64,000 bases of DNA from Desulfamplus magnetovallimortis (GCF_900170035.1 NZ_LT828551.1:104163-168162); one strand, 5' to 3'; positions 48,978-59,464 are shown, counted from the first letter of the stretch. Notes: generated from the sequence alone by a model not told the origin. Numbers and translations are program-made.

Positions 48978-51518
48978 TCACGCACCACAACATTTTTTAT
49001 ACTTTTTGCCACTTCCGCAGGGGCATGGATCATTTCTGCCGGTTTTTGCTTCAGTTCTTTTTACAGGCTCCCTTGGTGCAGAGCTGTCAGAATGGGAAAG
49101 CGTCAGTTTTTCATTTTTGGGTTTACGAATCTGATTGAGGTCATCGGGGTTTACAATCTGGATTCTGAACAAAATATTTAAAGTCTGCTCTCTTATACGG
49201 TCAATAAGACCCTGGAACATCTCAAATCCCTCTTTCTTGTAGATAACCAGAGGATTTTGCTGGGCATAGCTTCTAAGGCCAATACCCTCCTTGAGATGAT
49301 CCATATTAAGAAGGTGATCTTTCCAGAGAGAGTCAACAGTCTGAAGCATGACATATTTTTCAAGCTGCCGAAACTCTGCATCTCCTATCAGTGTCTCCTT
49401 TTCCACATATTTTTCAAGAGCTTTATCTACCATGATACGACCTGCTTTTTCGCCGTCAATATCTTCCCTGTCGAAATCTGAAGGTTGGAGAGTGCAATTA
49501 AACTGACGGTTAAAAGTATCACACAACCCCTCAATATCCCAATCCGGCACAGGTAGTTTCTCATCTTCAAAAATCTCAAGAATATCCCAGCAGCGCTCTT
49601 CAATCATCTGGAGAAATTCATCCTTGAGATTTTCCTCTGTAAGGGCCTGACGCCTCTGACGGTATATGACCTCACGCTGCTGATTCATTACATCATCATA
49701 CTCAATGAGCTGCTTTCTTATCTCAAAGTTATGACCCTCCACCTTGGACTGGGCATTTTCAATTGCACGGCTTATGAGATTGTGTTCAATAGGCTCCCCT
49801 TCATCTATGCCAAGACGATCCATTATGGAGGATATTCGCTCTCCTCCGAAAATTCTCAAAAGATCATCTTCAAGGGATAGATAAAAACGGGAAGACCCCT
49901 CATCCCCTTGACGGCCGGAACGACCCCGAAGCTGGTTGTCAATTCGCCTTGATTCATGGCGGGATGTTCCAAGTATATGAAGACCGCCAAGCTCTTTGAC
50001 ACCTTCTCCGAGAACAATATCGGTTCCCCTTCCTGCCATGTTTGTGGATATTGTAACAGCACCCTTCTGGCCTGCTGCTGCAACAATTTCAGCTTCTGCC
50101 TTGTGATGTTTGGCGTTCAACACAGTATGTTTGATATTTCTTTTTTCAAGCTGCCTGCTTAAATCTTCAGAGACATCAATTGATATGGTTCCCACAAGGA
50201 CAGGTTGACCTTTTTTATGAAGCCTGATTATCTCTTTAATGGCAGCTTCATATTTCTCTTTTTTGGTTTTGTAGATAACATCAGGCATATCTTTTCTGAT
50301 CATGGGTTTATGGGTAGGAATGACCAGAACATCAAGGTTGTAAATCTTTTTGAACTCTGCTGCTTCGGTTTCAGCGGTTCCTGTCATGCCGCTGAGTTTT
50401 TCATACATTCTGAAATAGTTCTGAAATGTAATGGATGCAAGGGTCTGATTCTCGTTGGCAATCTTCACATTTTCCTTGGCTTCAAGGGCCTGGTGAAGCC
50501 CCTCACTGTAACGCCTACCCTCCATAAGCCGGCCTGTGAATTCGTCAACAATAACAACCTCGTCATTTTTGACAATATAATCGACATCCCGTTTAAAAAG
50601 GGTATGTGCTTTAAGTGCCTGATTCAAGTGGTGGAGGGTTTCTATATTTTTGGGATCATAGAGATTTTCCACACCAAGAAGTTTTTCGCCCTTTGCAACA
50701 CCCTCCTCCGTAAGAGTAACACTTTTAGCTTCTTCGTCAATGGAATAATCAGTCTCTGCCACAAATGAAGGGATGATTGTGTTAACCTGATGATACATAT
50801 GAGTTGATTTCTCAGCAGGACCTGAAATGATAAGAGGCGTTCTTGCCTCGTCAATGAGGATACTGTCCACCTCATCCACAATTGCAAAATTAAGCTCTCC
50901 CTGGGCAAGGGACTCTCTGTCAAACTTCATGTTATCCCGAAGATAATCGAACCCGAACTCATTGTTTGTGCCATAGGTGATATCTGCGCTGTAAGCTTCC
51001 CTTCTCTGGGCATCATTGAGATTATGTATAATGACCCCCACCCGCAGGCCAAGAAAGCTATATATGGCATCCATCCATTCGGCATCTCGTTTTGCAAGAT
51101 AATCATTCACAGTCACAACATGAACGCCCCTGCCTGAAAGGGCGTTAAGATAAGCAGGCAGAGTTGACATTAGAGTCTTTCCCTCACCGGTTTTCATCTC
51201 TGAAATCATTCCACGATGAAGGGCTATCCCACCTATCAACTGAACGTCATAGTGACGCATTCCAAGGGTTCTTACAGCAGCCTCACGTACAATTGCAAAG
51301 GCTTCGGGGAGAAGATCGTCAAGTGATTCAGAGCTTTCAGGGTTTTTACCCTTTGAAAGACGAGCTCTGAATTCAAGGGTCTTTGCAGCCATCTCTTCAT
51401 CTGTCAGAGCTTTCATTCCGTCTTCAAGTGCATTGATCTGCTCCACCAGAGGCATGATTTTTTTTATCTGACGGTCATTGTTTGATCCAAATATTTTTGT
51501 AAGTAAACTGAATACCAT
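48978..51518 (-). CDS. secA: Preprotein translocase ATPase SecA
   Basis: [10 protein letters not shown] Walker A; C-terminal zinc-binding [14 protein letters not shown]. Confidence 0.95.
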   Translation of the reverse strand: MVFSLLTKIFGSNNDRQIKKIMPLVEQINALEDGMKALTDEEMAAKTLEFRARLSKGKNPESSESLDDLLPEAFAIVREAAVRTLGMRHYDVQLIGGIALHRGMISEMKTGEGKTLMSTLPAYLNALSGRGVHVVTVNDYLAKRDAEWMDAIYSFLGLRVGVIIHNLNDAQRREAYSADITYGTNNEFGFDYLRDNMKFDRESLAQGELNFAIVDEVDSILIDEARTPLIISGPAEKSTHMYHQVNTIIPSFVAETDYSIDEEAKSVTLTEEGVAKGEKLLGVENLYDPKNIETLHHLNQALKAHTLFKRDVDYIVKNDEVVIVDEFTGRLMEGRRYSEGLHQALEAKENVKIANENQTLASITFQNYFRMYEKLSGMTGTAETEAAEFKKIYNLDVLVIPTHKPMIRKDMPDVIYKTKKEKYEAAIKEIIRLHKKGQPVLVGTISIDVSEDLSRQLEKRNIKHTVLNAKHHKAEAEIVAAAGQKGAVTISTNMAGRGTDIVLGEGVKELGGLHILGTSRHESRRIDNQLRGRSGRQGDEGSSRFYLSLEDDLLRIFGGERISSIMDRLGIDEGEPIEHNLISRAIENAQSKVEGHNFEIRKQLIEYDDVMNQQREVIYRQRRQALTEENLKDEFLQMIEERCWDILEIFEDEKLPVPDWDIEGLCDTFNRQFNCTLQPSDFDREDIDGEKAGRIMVDKALEKYVEKETLIGDAEFRQLEKYVMLQTVDSLWKDHLLNMDHLKEGIGLRSYAQQNPLVIYKKEGFEMFQGLIDRIREQTLNILFRIQIVNPDDLNQIRKPKNEKLTLSHSDSSAPREPVKRTEAKTGRNDPCPCGSGKKYKKCCGA

Positions 51519-51747
51519 ATACTTTATTTCGCCTTTGCTTTACCCTGAGGGCAAAAACCTTAAAAACCCCTGCTTTGCAAGAGTTGTTAGTTATTTTGCT
51601 CCATTAATTATTTTTAACCCTGTTATTCCGGAGTATCAGGGTTGTACGTTAGGAATTGATTTTTAATAACTTGTCCATTCAACTCGCCCCAGCCACATTT
51701 TACAGACTTGCAAGGGGGAGTTTGGGTAAGTTAATTAAACCCAATTA

Positions 51748-52950
51748 CTATATTGCTCCCGGAATTATTTTCAATCCTGTTGCCTCATCAAGACCGAACA
51801 TAAGATTCATGTTTTGAACGGCCTGACCTGCTGCACCTTTGAGTATATTATCAATGGCAGAAATAATAATAATACGTTTTGAGGATTCGTCCACCCACAA
51901 TCCAATGTCACAAAAATTTGTACCCCTCACATGGGCGGTATCAGGAAACATACCTTCAGGAAGAATCCTTACAAAAAAGTTGTTCCTATAGGTATCTGCA
52001 AGGGTCTCTCTGATACTATTTTCCGTTGCATTATCAGAAATACCTGCATATATGGTGGTCAGCATTCCCCGACTCATGGGAAGAAGGTGAGGCACAAAGG
52101 TTATCTTGATATTATTGACATTACCGTCTGAAGTGCCAAACGCCACCTTATCATTTTCCGCAATTGCTGGTTTCAATCTGTGATGATCCTGAATTTCAGC
52201 TTCAACTTTGTCATTACCCTGAATTTCAGCTTCCATTTTGTCATTACCCTGAATTGCAGTTTCAGCTCCAGCGTTTTTATCAGGGGCATGGGCTGTAAGA
52301 ATCTCTTCCATTTCAGGCACATGGCGATGAGAACCTACCTTGTAGGCTTTAAAGGACTCTGTCACTTCACAATAATGAGAGGTAAGGGAGAGGGAGCGTC
52401 CTGCACCGCTTACACCTGACTTGGAATCAGAAATGATTCCTTCTGTTCTTACAAGGCCATCTCTGACAAGGGGAATAATCGGCAGAAGAAGGCTTGTGGG
52501 GTAACATCCGGGGTTACCGACAAGATCTGCCTTTTGTATTTCATCTCTATATATTTCACTTAAACCATAAACAGAGTGCTTCAAAAGATCAGGAGCACTG
52601 TGTTTCTGGTATGTTTTTTCATAGGTTTCAAGGCTTTTAAAACGAAAATCAGCAGAAAGATCAATGACCTTGATACCATTTTCCAGAAAAAGAGGGGCAT
52701 ACCCCATGGAAATTTTGTGGGGAAGGGCAAGAAAAACACAGTCCACCTTGCCCTTGAGTTCATCCGGATTCATATCCTGACATGTAATATCAACAACACC
52801 CCTCATTGAAGGAAAAATATCTGCAATATTTTTACCGCCATACGAACGTGAGGTTACAGATGTAAGTTCGGCATCAGGGTGTCCTGTAATAAGTTTGACA
52901 AGCTCAGCTCCGGTATATCCGGTTGCTCCGGCAACAGCAGTTTTTATCAT
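51748..52950 (-). CDS. argC: N-acetyl-gamma-glutamyl-phosphate reductase, carrying an approximately 55-aa repetitive in-frame insertion
   Basis: AVAGATGYTGAEL N-terminus; active-site GNPGCYPTS; insertion ETAIQGNDKMEAEIQGNDKVEAEIQ encoded by a 36-bp tandem repeat at 52185-52275. Confidence 0.85.
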   Translation of the reverse strand: MIKTAVAGATGYTGAELVKLITGHPDAELTSVTSRSYGGKNIADIFPSMRGVVDITCQDMNPDELKGKVDCVFLALPHKISMGYAPLFLENGIKVIDLSADFRFKSLETYEKTYQKHSAPDLLKHSVYGLSEIYRDEIQKADLVGNPGCYPTSLLLPIIPLVRDGLVRTEGIISDSKSGVSGAGRSLSLTSHYCEVTESFKAYKVGSHRHVPEMEEILTAHAPDKNAGAETAIQGNDKMEAEIQGNDKVEAEIQDHHRLKPAIAENDKVAFGTSDGNVNNIKITFVPHLLPMSRGMLTTIYAGISDNATENSIRETLADTYRNNFFVRILPEGMFPDTAHVRGTNFCDIGLWVDESSKRIIIISAIDNILKGAAGQAVQNMNLMFGLDEATGLKIIPGAI

Positions 52951-53061
52951 TTCATATCCTGAATAAATTTGTTATGTTATTGAAGATTAAGCAATTACTC
53001 TACCAGAGAGAAATCATCTTTTCAAGCTCTGAGTGCAACACAAGGCTGAACCATAATCTTT

Positions 53062-53135
53062 TACCGTGAAAATGGATACAAATTTTCATATTCGGGGGTG
53101 GCCGAAAATCGTCCATGACGGTTTACCGTGAAAAT
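53062..53135. repeat. Conserved about 65-bp element (copy 2 of 7455-7518), flanked by a 14-bp direct repeat tttaccgtgaaaat (53060-53073 and 53122-53135)
   Basis: Direct alignment and direct reading. Confidence 0.6.
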
Positions 53136-53172
53136 AACTATCATTTTTATGGTTGGGGGTGATAATACACAA

Positions 53173-53757
53173 TCATGCCCGTTTACTGTACAAACCATCG
53201 GTAGCTATATGGTTCACACCATGGGAGATTAAGTATTCTTTGTTCTTTTTGATTTGTTGAAGATAGAAGTCGATGCGGTTTTCTTCTTCTTCACCAATTT
53301 CATAGCTGGAAGGGGTTTGCTCAACAGAGAGATTGTATGCGGTATTGTAGTCCAAATCGATAATTGCGAGGGATGAAATCTCTTGACCTTTTTGGGACTT
53401 ACCCGCAACGCCACTCCAGAATTTGTCTATCCCATAGCTATGCTTACCTATTTTGGGAACATAAGAAGCATCTATAGCAGCTATTCGTTTATTGGTATTT
53501 GGGATAGTGTCCATAATCAGCAGGTGATTGAAAAGTGTAAAATCGAATGATTTTCTAAAATTTCTCGAATAACTTTTCTCATTCAAATTGCTATAGCGCC
53601 CCATGTTGCGAAAGTTCATTCGACCTTGTAGTAGCATTATAGTTGAAAAAAGTGTCAGTAAAAATTTATGCTGATGTTTGGTTATTTTGGACAAAATACA
53701 GTTTATTGTTCTCATAGAGATCTCCTTTGTTGGACTGTAATGTTGTGTGTAAAACAT
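53173..53757 (-). mobile_element. IS701-like (IS4 superfamily) DDE transposase, C-terminally truncated remnant
   Basis: AAIDASYVPKIGKHSYGIDKFWSGVAGKSQKGQEISSLAI resembles the IS701 DDT...K.GK.S.GV..QY.G..GK..NCQ block; the second Asp region ATDGLYS is present; the catalytic Glu region is absent. Confidence 0.55.
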
Positions 53758-53840
53758 AATCTTCCAATTTTGGAAAACTCTTGTCCATCCTTTTTTTTAT
53801 GTTTCAAAAAAACTGTCCGAACTATTGGTTTAGACACTGA

Positions 53841-56800
53841 TTATAAATTTAGTTGCTGGTGATTCAAATAGTAATAAAGACCTTTTTTGCCCATAAGCTC
53901 TTCATGGTTTCCCTGCTCAACCACCTCACCCTTATCAAGGACAATAATGGTATCTGCACTGCGAACAGTACTCAGACGATGGGCAATGATTATGGCGGTT
54001 CTGTTTTTTAATATTGTATCCATGTTTTTTTGTATAGCCTGTTCAGACTCAATGTCCAGAGAACTTGTGGCTTCATCAAAGATAATTATTCCAGGATTTT
54101 TATATAGAACACGGGCAATGGCAATCCTTTGCATCTGTCCACCTGATAACTGCAATCCAGATTCTCCAACCTTTGTTTCATAACCATTGGGGAAATTAGA
54201 GATAAAATCATGTGCATTGGCAAGCTTTGCTGCGGATATAATTTTTTCCATTGTGGCAGAAGGATCATCCGAAGAGATGTTGTCCCCAATTGTTCCACTG
54301 AATACAAAGCTGTTCTGGAGTACATAACCCACATTGGATCTTAAAAAGGAAAGATTTAAATTTTTGATATCAAAACCACCAACTGATATTGAACCTTCAT
54401 TGGCATGAAAAAACCTTGCTATGAGGTTTACAAGGGTTGTTTTACCTGATCCGCTGCGTCCCACAATGGCACATCTTGTTCCAGCAGGAATCTCGATATT
54501 GATATTGGATAGAATCCAGGGGTCATCAACACCGCCATATCTAAAAAATACCTGTTCAAATCTTATATTGCCGGAAAGCTTCTCCATGACTATGCCCGGG
54601 GATTTACCATCCCTTTCACCATATTCGGTTTTAGCTGCAAAAACATCATTGAGGCGGTCAACCGAGACCAGGGTCTCCTGTAGTTGATCCCATACAGTTA
54701 TAATTCGATTAATGGGGGTGACAACGCTTCCCATGAGGGCCATGAAAGCCATGAGTTCACCAACTGAAATATTATGTTTTATAACTTCATGGGCACCATA
54801 CCAAAGGATAATAGTGGAACCAAGTGTTCCCATGAAATCGCCAAGGGAGTGGAAATATATTTTTAGATGGCTGAGGGAAAACTCTATATTGATACTTTTT
54901 ATAAATTTGTTTTCCCATTTCCATCTTATCTGATTTTCAAGGTGCATCGCTTTTACTGTATCTATGGCCTTAATGGATTCAATCATATGGGATTTTGCTT
55001 CAGCTCCGGCAGCAAAGGCATCAATATTGAGCTTTTTTAAAAACGGAGTAAATCCAAGGGTGATGGCAATGAAAAAAGGGATAAACAAGATCACAAGAAG
55101 AGTCATATTGGCGTTATAATAAAGCATAAGCCCTAAATAGATTATGATGAGAAAGGTATCCAGAACAACGGTCAAAGCTGTCTGAGTCATAAAAGTTCTT
55201 ATTTTTTCATTTTCACCAAACCTTGATACAAAATCGCCAATTTTTCTGGCCTTAAAGTAACCAAGGGGCAATGCCAATAGATGTTTGTAAAATGAAACCA
55301 GCATACTTATATCAATTTTCATGCTTGTATGTACAATTAGGTACTGCCTGACAATGGTTATCAATATTCTGAATATAAGAACAATAAGCATTCCTATTAA
55401 CATAATGTTAAGAAAGGATATGTTTTCGTGGTACAATACCTTATCAACTATATTCTGGGTAAAAACAGGGGTGGCAAGGCCAAGTAAATTCAGGAGCATG
55501 GACGCAAGGAAAATCTCTGCAAGGATCATTTTATGGGGAGTAACAAAACCAATAAATTTTTTCAGGGAAGATTGTTTATCCACCTCCTGGTTACCCAAAA
55601 GTGGTGTGGGTTCAATAATAAGGGTGATTCCATTCCAGTTATCTGAAAAATATTCCCTGTGGTATTTTCTGAGACCCATGGCCGGGTCTGCAACCCATAC
55701 ATATTTTTTTGAAACTTTGTAAACAACACAATAGTGGTAACCCTGCCAGTGAATAACACAGGGCAACTTTATATCAAGGAGCCCATCAAATTTGATTTTT
55801 ATCCCCCTGGTCAAAAAGCCCAGGTGTTCAGCTGCCGAGGCAAGGTTGGAAAGGGTTACACCTGAGTTATCTGCGTGGGAAAGCTCGGAAATTCTGGCCA
55901 GGGAAAATTTTTTCCCATAAAAACGGGAAATCATCACAAGACAGGCAGGGCCGCAGCCCATCTCGTCATGCTGTCTTACAAAGGGAAAACGCAATCCGTG
56001 GTATTTTTTTTTCGCTGTGGATGGGGATGATGTATCTATGGTGTTCTGCTCTACCTCCGGTGGCTTTTCCCTGTAATCCCGGGTTTGATTCAATTCCCCT
56101 TTGTTGTGTTCAGGTTGTGTGTCTGTATATATATTTGGGGTGATATTGGGGGGAGATATGGAGCGATACTGGTGCAGTCTGTCGGAGAATAGCGATTTAA
56201 GATCCGGGGATTTCTGGATCAGTTCTTTAAATGTGTCTCTGCTCAATGCAAAAAGATGACAATTTGTCAGACAGACAACATCTGCATATCGTGGGCTATC
56301 CTCAATTAGTGCCTTTTCCCCGAAAAATTCCCCCTGGTGAAGAAAATTAATTATACTTTGATCTCCATCTTCCCATTTTATAACCTTTAATTTCCCCGAT
56401 TCAATTAGATAAAATTTATCAGGCTCATCCCCCTGCCTGAAAATCCCTTCCCCTGCCATAAAGGATTCTGGGTTGAAATTTTTCACAATCTGCTGTACAT
56501 CCTTGGGCTTTAGAGGAGATAAAAGGGAGCAACCCTTTAAGAAAAGCTGAATTGATGTGGAATGGATAAACTTATCAAAATAACCACGGATTTCAGGTTT
56601 GCTGAAAACAAATTTTTCAAAGATTTCATTATCTATGGCTATCAAAAGAGATTGTTCAACAGCCCTTGCTGCTGCATTTCTGGGTCTATGGGAAATCAGG
56701 GCAGTTTCCCCAAAGTGATCTCCACGGGTTCTCACCCCCATGTTGATCTCTTTACCGCTGTTGTCCTTGAAAATAATTCTGATTCTGCCGCTGTATATGA

Positions 56801-56960
56801 TATAAAAGCAGTCACCTGCATCACCCTGGTCAAAAATCAAATCCCCGGCTTGTGATGATACAAACCTTGAGTTTTTGGCGATATACTGCAATGACTCATC
56901 TGATAAAATTGAAAATAGCCACAATTTTCTTAAAAATAATTCAGTATCGTGCATCTGCAT
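53841..56960 (-). CDS. Peptidase-containing ABC transporter (PCAT): two N-terminal cyclic-nucleotide-binding domains, C39 Cys-peptidase, 6-TM ABC permease, ABC ATPase
   Basis: cNMP-binding-like ..FDQGDAGDCFYIIYSGRIRI.. and ..FRQGDEPDKFYLIESGKLKV..; C39 HDEMGCGPACLVMISRFYGKKFS; Walker A GRSGSGKTT; signature LSGGQMQRIAIAR. Confidence 0.85.
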   Translation of the reverse strand: MQMHDTELFLRKLWLFSILSDESLQYIAKNSRFVSSQAGDLIFDQGDAGDCFYIIYSGRIRIIFKDNSGKEINMGVRTRGDHFGETALISHRPRNAAARAVEQSLLIAIDNEIFEKFVFSKPEIRGYFDKFIHSTSIQLFLKGCSLLSPLKPKDVQQIVKNFNPESFMAGEGIFRQGDEPDKFYLIESGKLKVIKWEDGDQSIINFLHQGEFFGEKALIEDSPRYADVVCLTNCHLFALSRDTFKELIQKSPDLKSLFSDRLHQYRSISPPNITPNIYTDTQPEHNKGELNQTRDYREKPPEVEQNTIDTSSPSTAKKKYHGLRFPFVRQHDEMGCGPACLVMISRFYGKKFSLARISELSHADNSGVTLSNLASAAEHLGFLTRGIKIKFDGLLDIKLPCVIHWQGYHYCVVYKVSKKYVWVADPAMGLRKYHREYFSDNWNGITLIIEPTPLLGNQEVDKQSSLKKFIGFVTPHKMILAEIFLASMLLNLLGLATPVFTQNIVDKVLYHENISFLNIMLIGMLIVLIFRILITIVRQYLIVHTSMKIDISMLVSFYKHLLALPLGYFKARKIGDFVSRFGENEKIRTFMTQTALTVVLDTFLIIIYLGLMLYYNANMTLLVILFIPFFIAITLGFTPFLKKLNIDAFAAGAEAKSHMIESIKAIDTVKAMHLENQIRWKWENKFIKSINIEFSLSHLKIYFHSLGDFMGTLGSTIILWYGAHEVIKHNISVGELMAFMALMGSVVTPINRIITVWDQLQETLVSVDRLNDVFAAKTEYGERDGKSPGIVMEKLSGNIRFEQVFFRYGGVDDPWILSNINIEIPAGTRCAIVGRSGSGKTTLVNLIARFFHANEGSISVGGFDIKNLNLSFLRSNVGYVLQNSFVFSGTIGDNISSDDPSATMEKIISAAKLANAHDFISNFPNGYETKVGESGLQLSGGQMQRIAIARVLYKNPGIIIFDEATSSLDIESEQAIQKNMDTILKNRTAIIIAHRLSTVRSADTIIVLDKGEVVEQGNHEELMGKKGLYYYLNHQQLNL

Positions 56961-56987
56961 AAATTCAAATCCTAAAGCCCATAAAAA

Positions 56988-58568
56988 TTAATCACAGCAG
57001 ATAATTTCTGTTTGATTAATAAACCAGGATAGCTCCATTCTGATATGATAATATTTTCCCACAAGCATAAGATACTCCTGTTTAAGTGCTAAAAGTTCAT
57101 ATTCTGATGCTATAAGTTCTTGCTGGTAATCAAGGAGATTAATTACTGTTGTTCTTTCCTGAACAAGCCTTTCAACTTCATTTTCAAGATTCTGCTTTGA
57201 AAGGGCGACAATCTCACGGGAATATGCAATTTGCCTGTCAAGGTCAGTGAGGTCATCATATATTCCAATTATCTCTTTTTTAAGTTCCGCAGTTCTTTTT
57301 TTAATGCTGTTATCAATATTTGTTATCTGTTTTTTTACAATTGAAATCCGTGCATGGTTTCCATCCTGTTTCAGGGGAATTTCAAAGGATGTTTTAAAAG
57401 CCATGAAATGGTTGGCAGTATCAATATCTTTAAAAGCTCCATCCAATCCATTTGGGTCATATCCATTGATACCGGCCTGGAAAACAACGTCAAGTTTTGG
57501 TTTTGCCCTGTCCAAGGCAATAAGAAGATCCTGCTCAAGTTCCTTTTTACTATATTCAAGGGAGATTAAAAAAGAATCCATTGCCAACACATGTTCAATT
57601 GTCTGTTCCTTTGAAGCAGGTTTAAACAAGTTAATTAATGATTTTGAACATGTCACAAGTTGCAGGGTTCCATCCAATCGGTATTGGGAACTGTTATTGT
57701 AAATTAAAAGGAAAAGATTTTGTAGATAGCCATCCCTTTGATTTTCCAGCTCTAAAATCTTTCGCTCCTGGAATATATGGGCGGCTTTCATTCTGTTAAG
57801 ATCTGTGATGGTCATATATCTAAGGGCTACTTTTTGCTTTATGATTTTATAAAGCTTAAAGGTTCTATCACGAATTTTTTTTTGTAAACTTAATCTTTTG
57901 TTAATAAAATAGAGATAGTAGTATTGATTGAACATCTTAAATATTGTGTTGCTTAAGATAATCTTATTTTCCTCTTCTGATCTTTTTAAATTTATTTTTG
58001 CTTTTTTAATGGGGGCATTTGTTATTTCTTTTCCCCTTCCCTGCATAACAGGCTGGTCATATTCCATGAAAAATGAGCTTTGATATTCTTTTGGGCTTTC
58101 AATGGAATAGATATATTCTATCTCTTCCATTGAAGCTGTTACATGGATAGATTCCTTGCCGCCAAAAATATTTTTTCGGCTTATCCCTGTAGTATATAAT
58201 TGAATATCCCATGCAAGATAGTTATCCACATTTAGGCTGTTATATCGCCTCCTTTCAAAGGTGCTGTCTGCCTGAAATCGGGGAATGAAGATCTCTTCCT
58301 GGATTGATAGGTTTTTTTCTGCAATATCCCTTGAGACAGTGCTGCTCTGGATATCCATGCTATTTTTAAGGAGATCATTTTGGGCTGAGTAGAGAGAAAG
58401 GGAAGATAAGGTCTTTGCATTATCATTATCCAAGGCATAATTATCCCGTGCATAATATGGACTATCCTTTTCCATGGCAAAAGTAATATTAAAGGAAAAA
58501 GAAATGGTAGAAAGAAACAGAGTTAGTAATGTTAAACTGAATAATATTAAAATAGATTTTCCTGTCAT
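56988..58568 (-). CDS. TolC-like outer-membrane efflux protein (putative), co-oriented with and upstream of the PCAT gene
   Basis: Signal peptide; two long heptad-rich helical halves; context. Family assignment is tentative. Confidence 0.5.
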   Translation of the reverse strand: MTGKSILILFSLTLLTLFLSTISFSFNITFAMEKDSPYYARDNYALDNDNAKTLSSLSLYSAQNDLLKNSMDIQSSTVSRDIAEKNLSIQEEIFIPRFQADSTFERRRYNSLNVDNYLAWDIQLYTTGISRKNIFGGKESIHVTASMEEIEYIYSIESPKEYQSSFFMEYDQPVMQGRGKEITNAPIKKAKINLKRSEEENKIILSNTIFKMFNQYYYLYFINKRLSLQKKIRDRTFKLYKIIKQKVALRYMTITDLNRMKAAHIFQERKILELENQRDGYLQNLFLLIYNNSSQYRLDGTLQLVTCSKSLINLFKPASKEQTIEHVLAMDSFLISLEYSKKELEQDLLIALDRAKPKLDVVFQAGINGYDPNGLDGAFKDIDTANHFMAFKTSFEIPLKQDGNHARISIVKKQITNIDNSIKKRTAELKKEIIGIYDDLTDLDRQIAYSREIVALSKQNLENEVERLVQERTTVINLLDYQQELIASEYELLALKQEYLMLVGKYYHIRMELSWFINQTEIICCD

Positions 58569-58828
58569 AAGAAATCAGCTCCCATGATCATATTTTGCTG
58601 CTTTTCACCAGGTGTTGTTAACAGAATATGACACAACGTCAATATAGGTTTATATATTGATATTAAATCTTGACAAAAAGAGAATTAAAGTGTGATAAAT
58701 AAATATTGATGCCCACCATAACTTAATTTTTCTGTTTTTTGAATTGTTATATGCAAATATTTGATATCCTATGATATCCTATGCGATACTTTGCCTTTGT
58801 CTATTGTTTTTTATGAAAAAATATTTAC

Positions 58829-58845
58829 TTGGCATATAAAATGCT
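58829..58845 (+). promoter_or_regulatory. Candidate sigma-54 (-24/-12) promoter tTGGCAtataaaaTGCt about 185 nt upstream of the precursor gene; an adjacent direct repeat gatatcctat x2 (58763-58782) lies upstream
   Basis: GG-N10-GC spacing read directly; speculative. Confidence 0.25.
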
Positions 58846-59028
58846 TTTATAAAAATACAAACAGGATAACTTACCTAAAGCATAACAATGAAGGGTAGTG
58901 TCATAAAAGTGTTGATTTCTTTTTGTGAAAGCCCTGCTGAATCAAGGTTTGTGAAGAGCTCATCAACATATTTGGGACACCACCCAATGAAGTTCATATT
59001 AACACAAATAAAATAAGGAGAAATAATC

Positions 59029-59253
59029 ATGGCACGTATTCAAATTAAAGATCTGGCAGAGAATCAGACAATTTCAAAAGAAGACCTCAAAAGAGTAAAG
59101 GGCGGTTTTGTTATGATGGATAATGTGTTCAGTGGGATTACACCTGAATATAAATTCTCACCTGAATATAAATTCTTTAACACTGCCCAGTTTATCACTT
59201 CAGGTCAACTGGTGGAAAATATGGAAAGTATTTTATATGAAAAATGGTTCTAA
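59029..59253 (+). CDS. Double-glycine (GG) leader peptide precursor: 26-aa leader plus 48-aa Cys-free aromatic-rich core with PEYKF(S/F) repeat
   Basis: Leader MARIQIKDLAENQTISKEDLKRVKGG fits the GG-leader consensus (hydrophobic at -4, -7, -12; acidic at -8/-9; GG at -2/-1). Strong SD aaggag 8 nt upstream. A cognate C39 transporter sits 460 bp away. Confidence 0.7.
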   Translation: MARIQIKDLAENQTISKEDLKRVKGGFVMMDNVFSGITPEYKFSPEYKFFNTAQFITSGQLVENMESILYEKWF

Positions 59254-59307
59254 ACACCCATTTACCAGTTCATATGAAAAATGGATCTAAACACCCATTT
59301 ACCAGTT
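59234..59307. repeat. 37-bp tandem direct repeat (2 copies) spanning the precursor stop codon (tatatgaaaaatggttctaaacacccatttaccagtt / catatgaaaaatggatctaaacacccatttaccagtt)
   Basis: Read directly. Confidence 0.9.
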
Positions 59308-59370
59308 GCTGCCATCCCCGATGGTGAAAACACGATCTATTTTGACATCCTTCATATCAACTCAAAATTA

Positions 59371-59398
59371 GTTTACATTTTTCGAAAAAAGTGTAAAC
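59371..59398. promoter_or_regulatory. Near-perfect 28-nt palindrome gtttacatttttcgaaaaaagtgtaaac between the precursor and the downstream gene (intercistronic hairpin)
   Basis: Read directly; no U-tract follows. Confidence 0.4.
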
Positions 59399-59464
59399 CG
59401 ACAAATGAAAGATCCCTGTATTTTAATGATAAATTATTAGATTATGGGTTTAGAATGCCAATAA

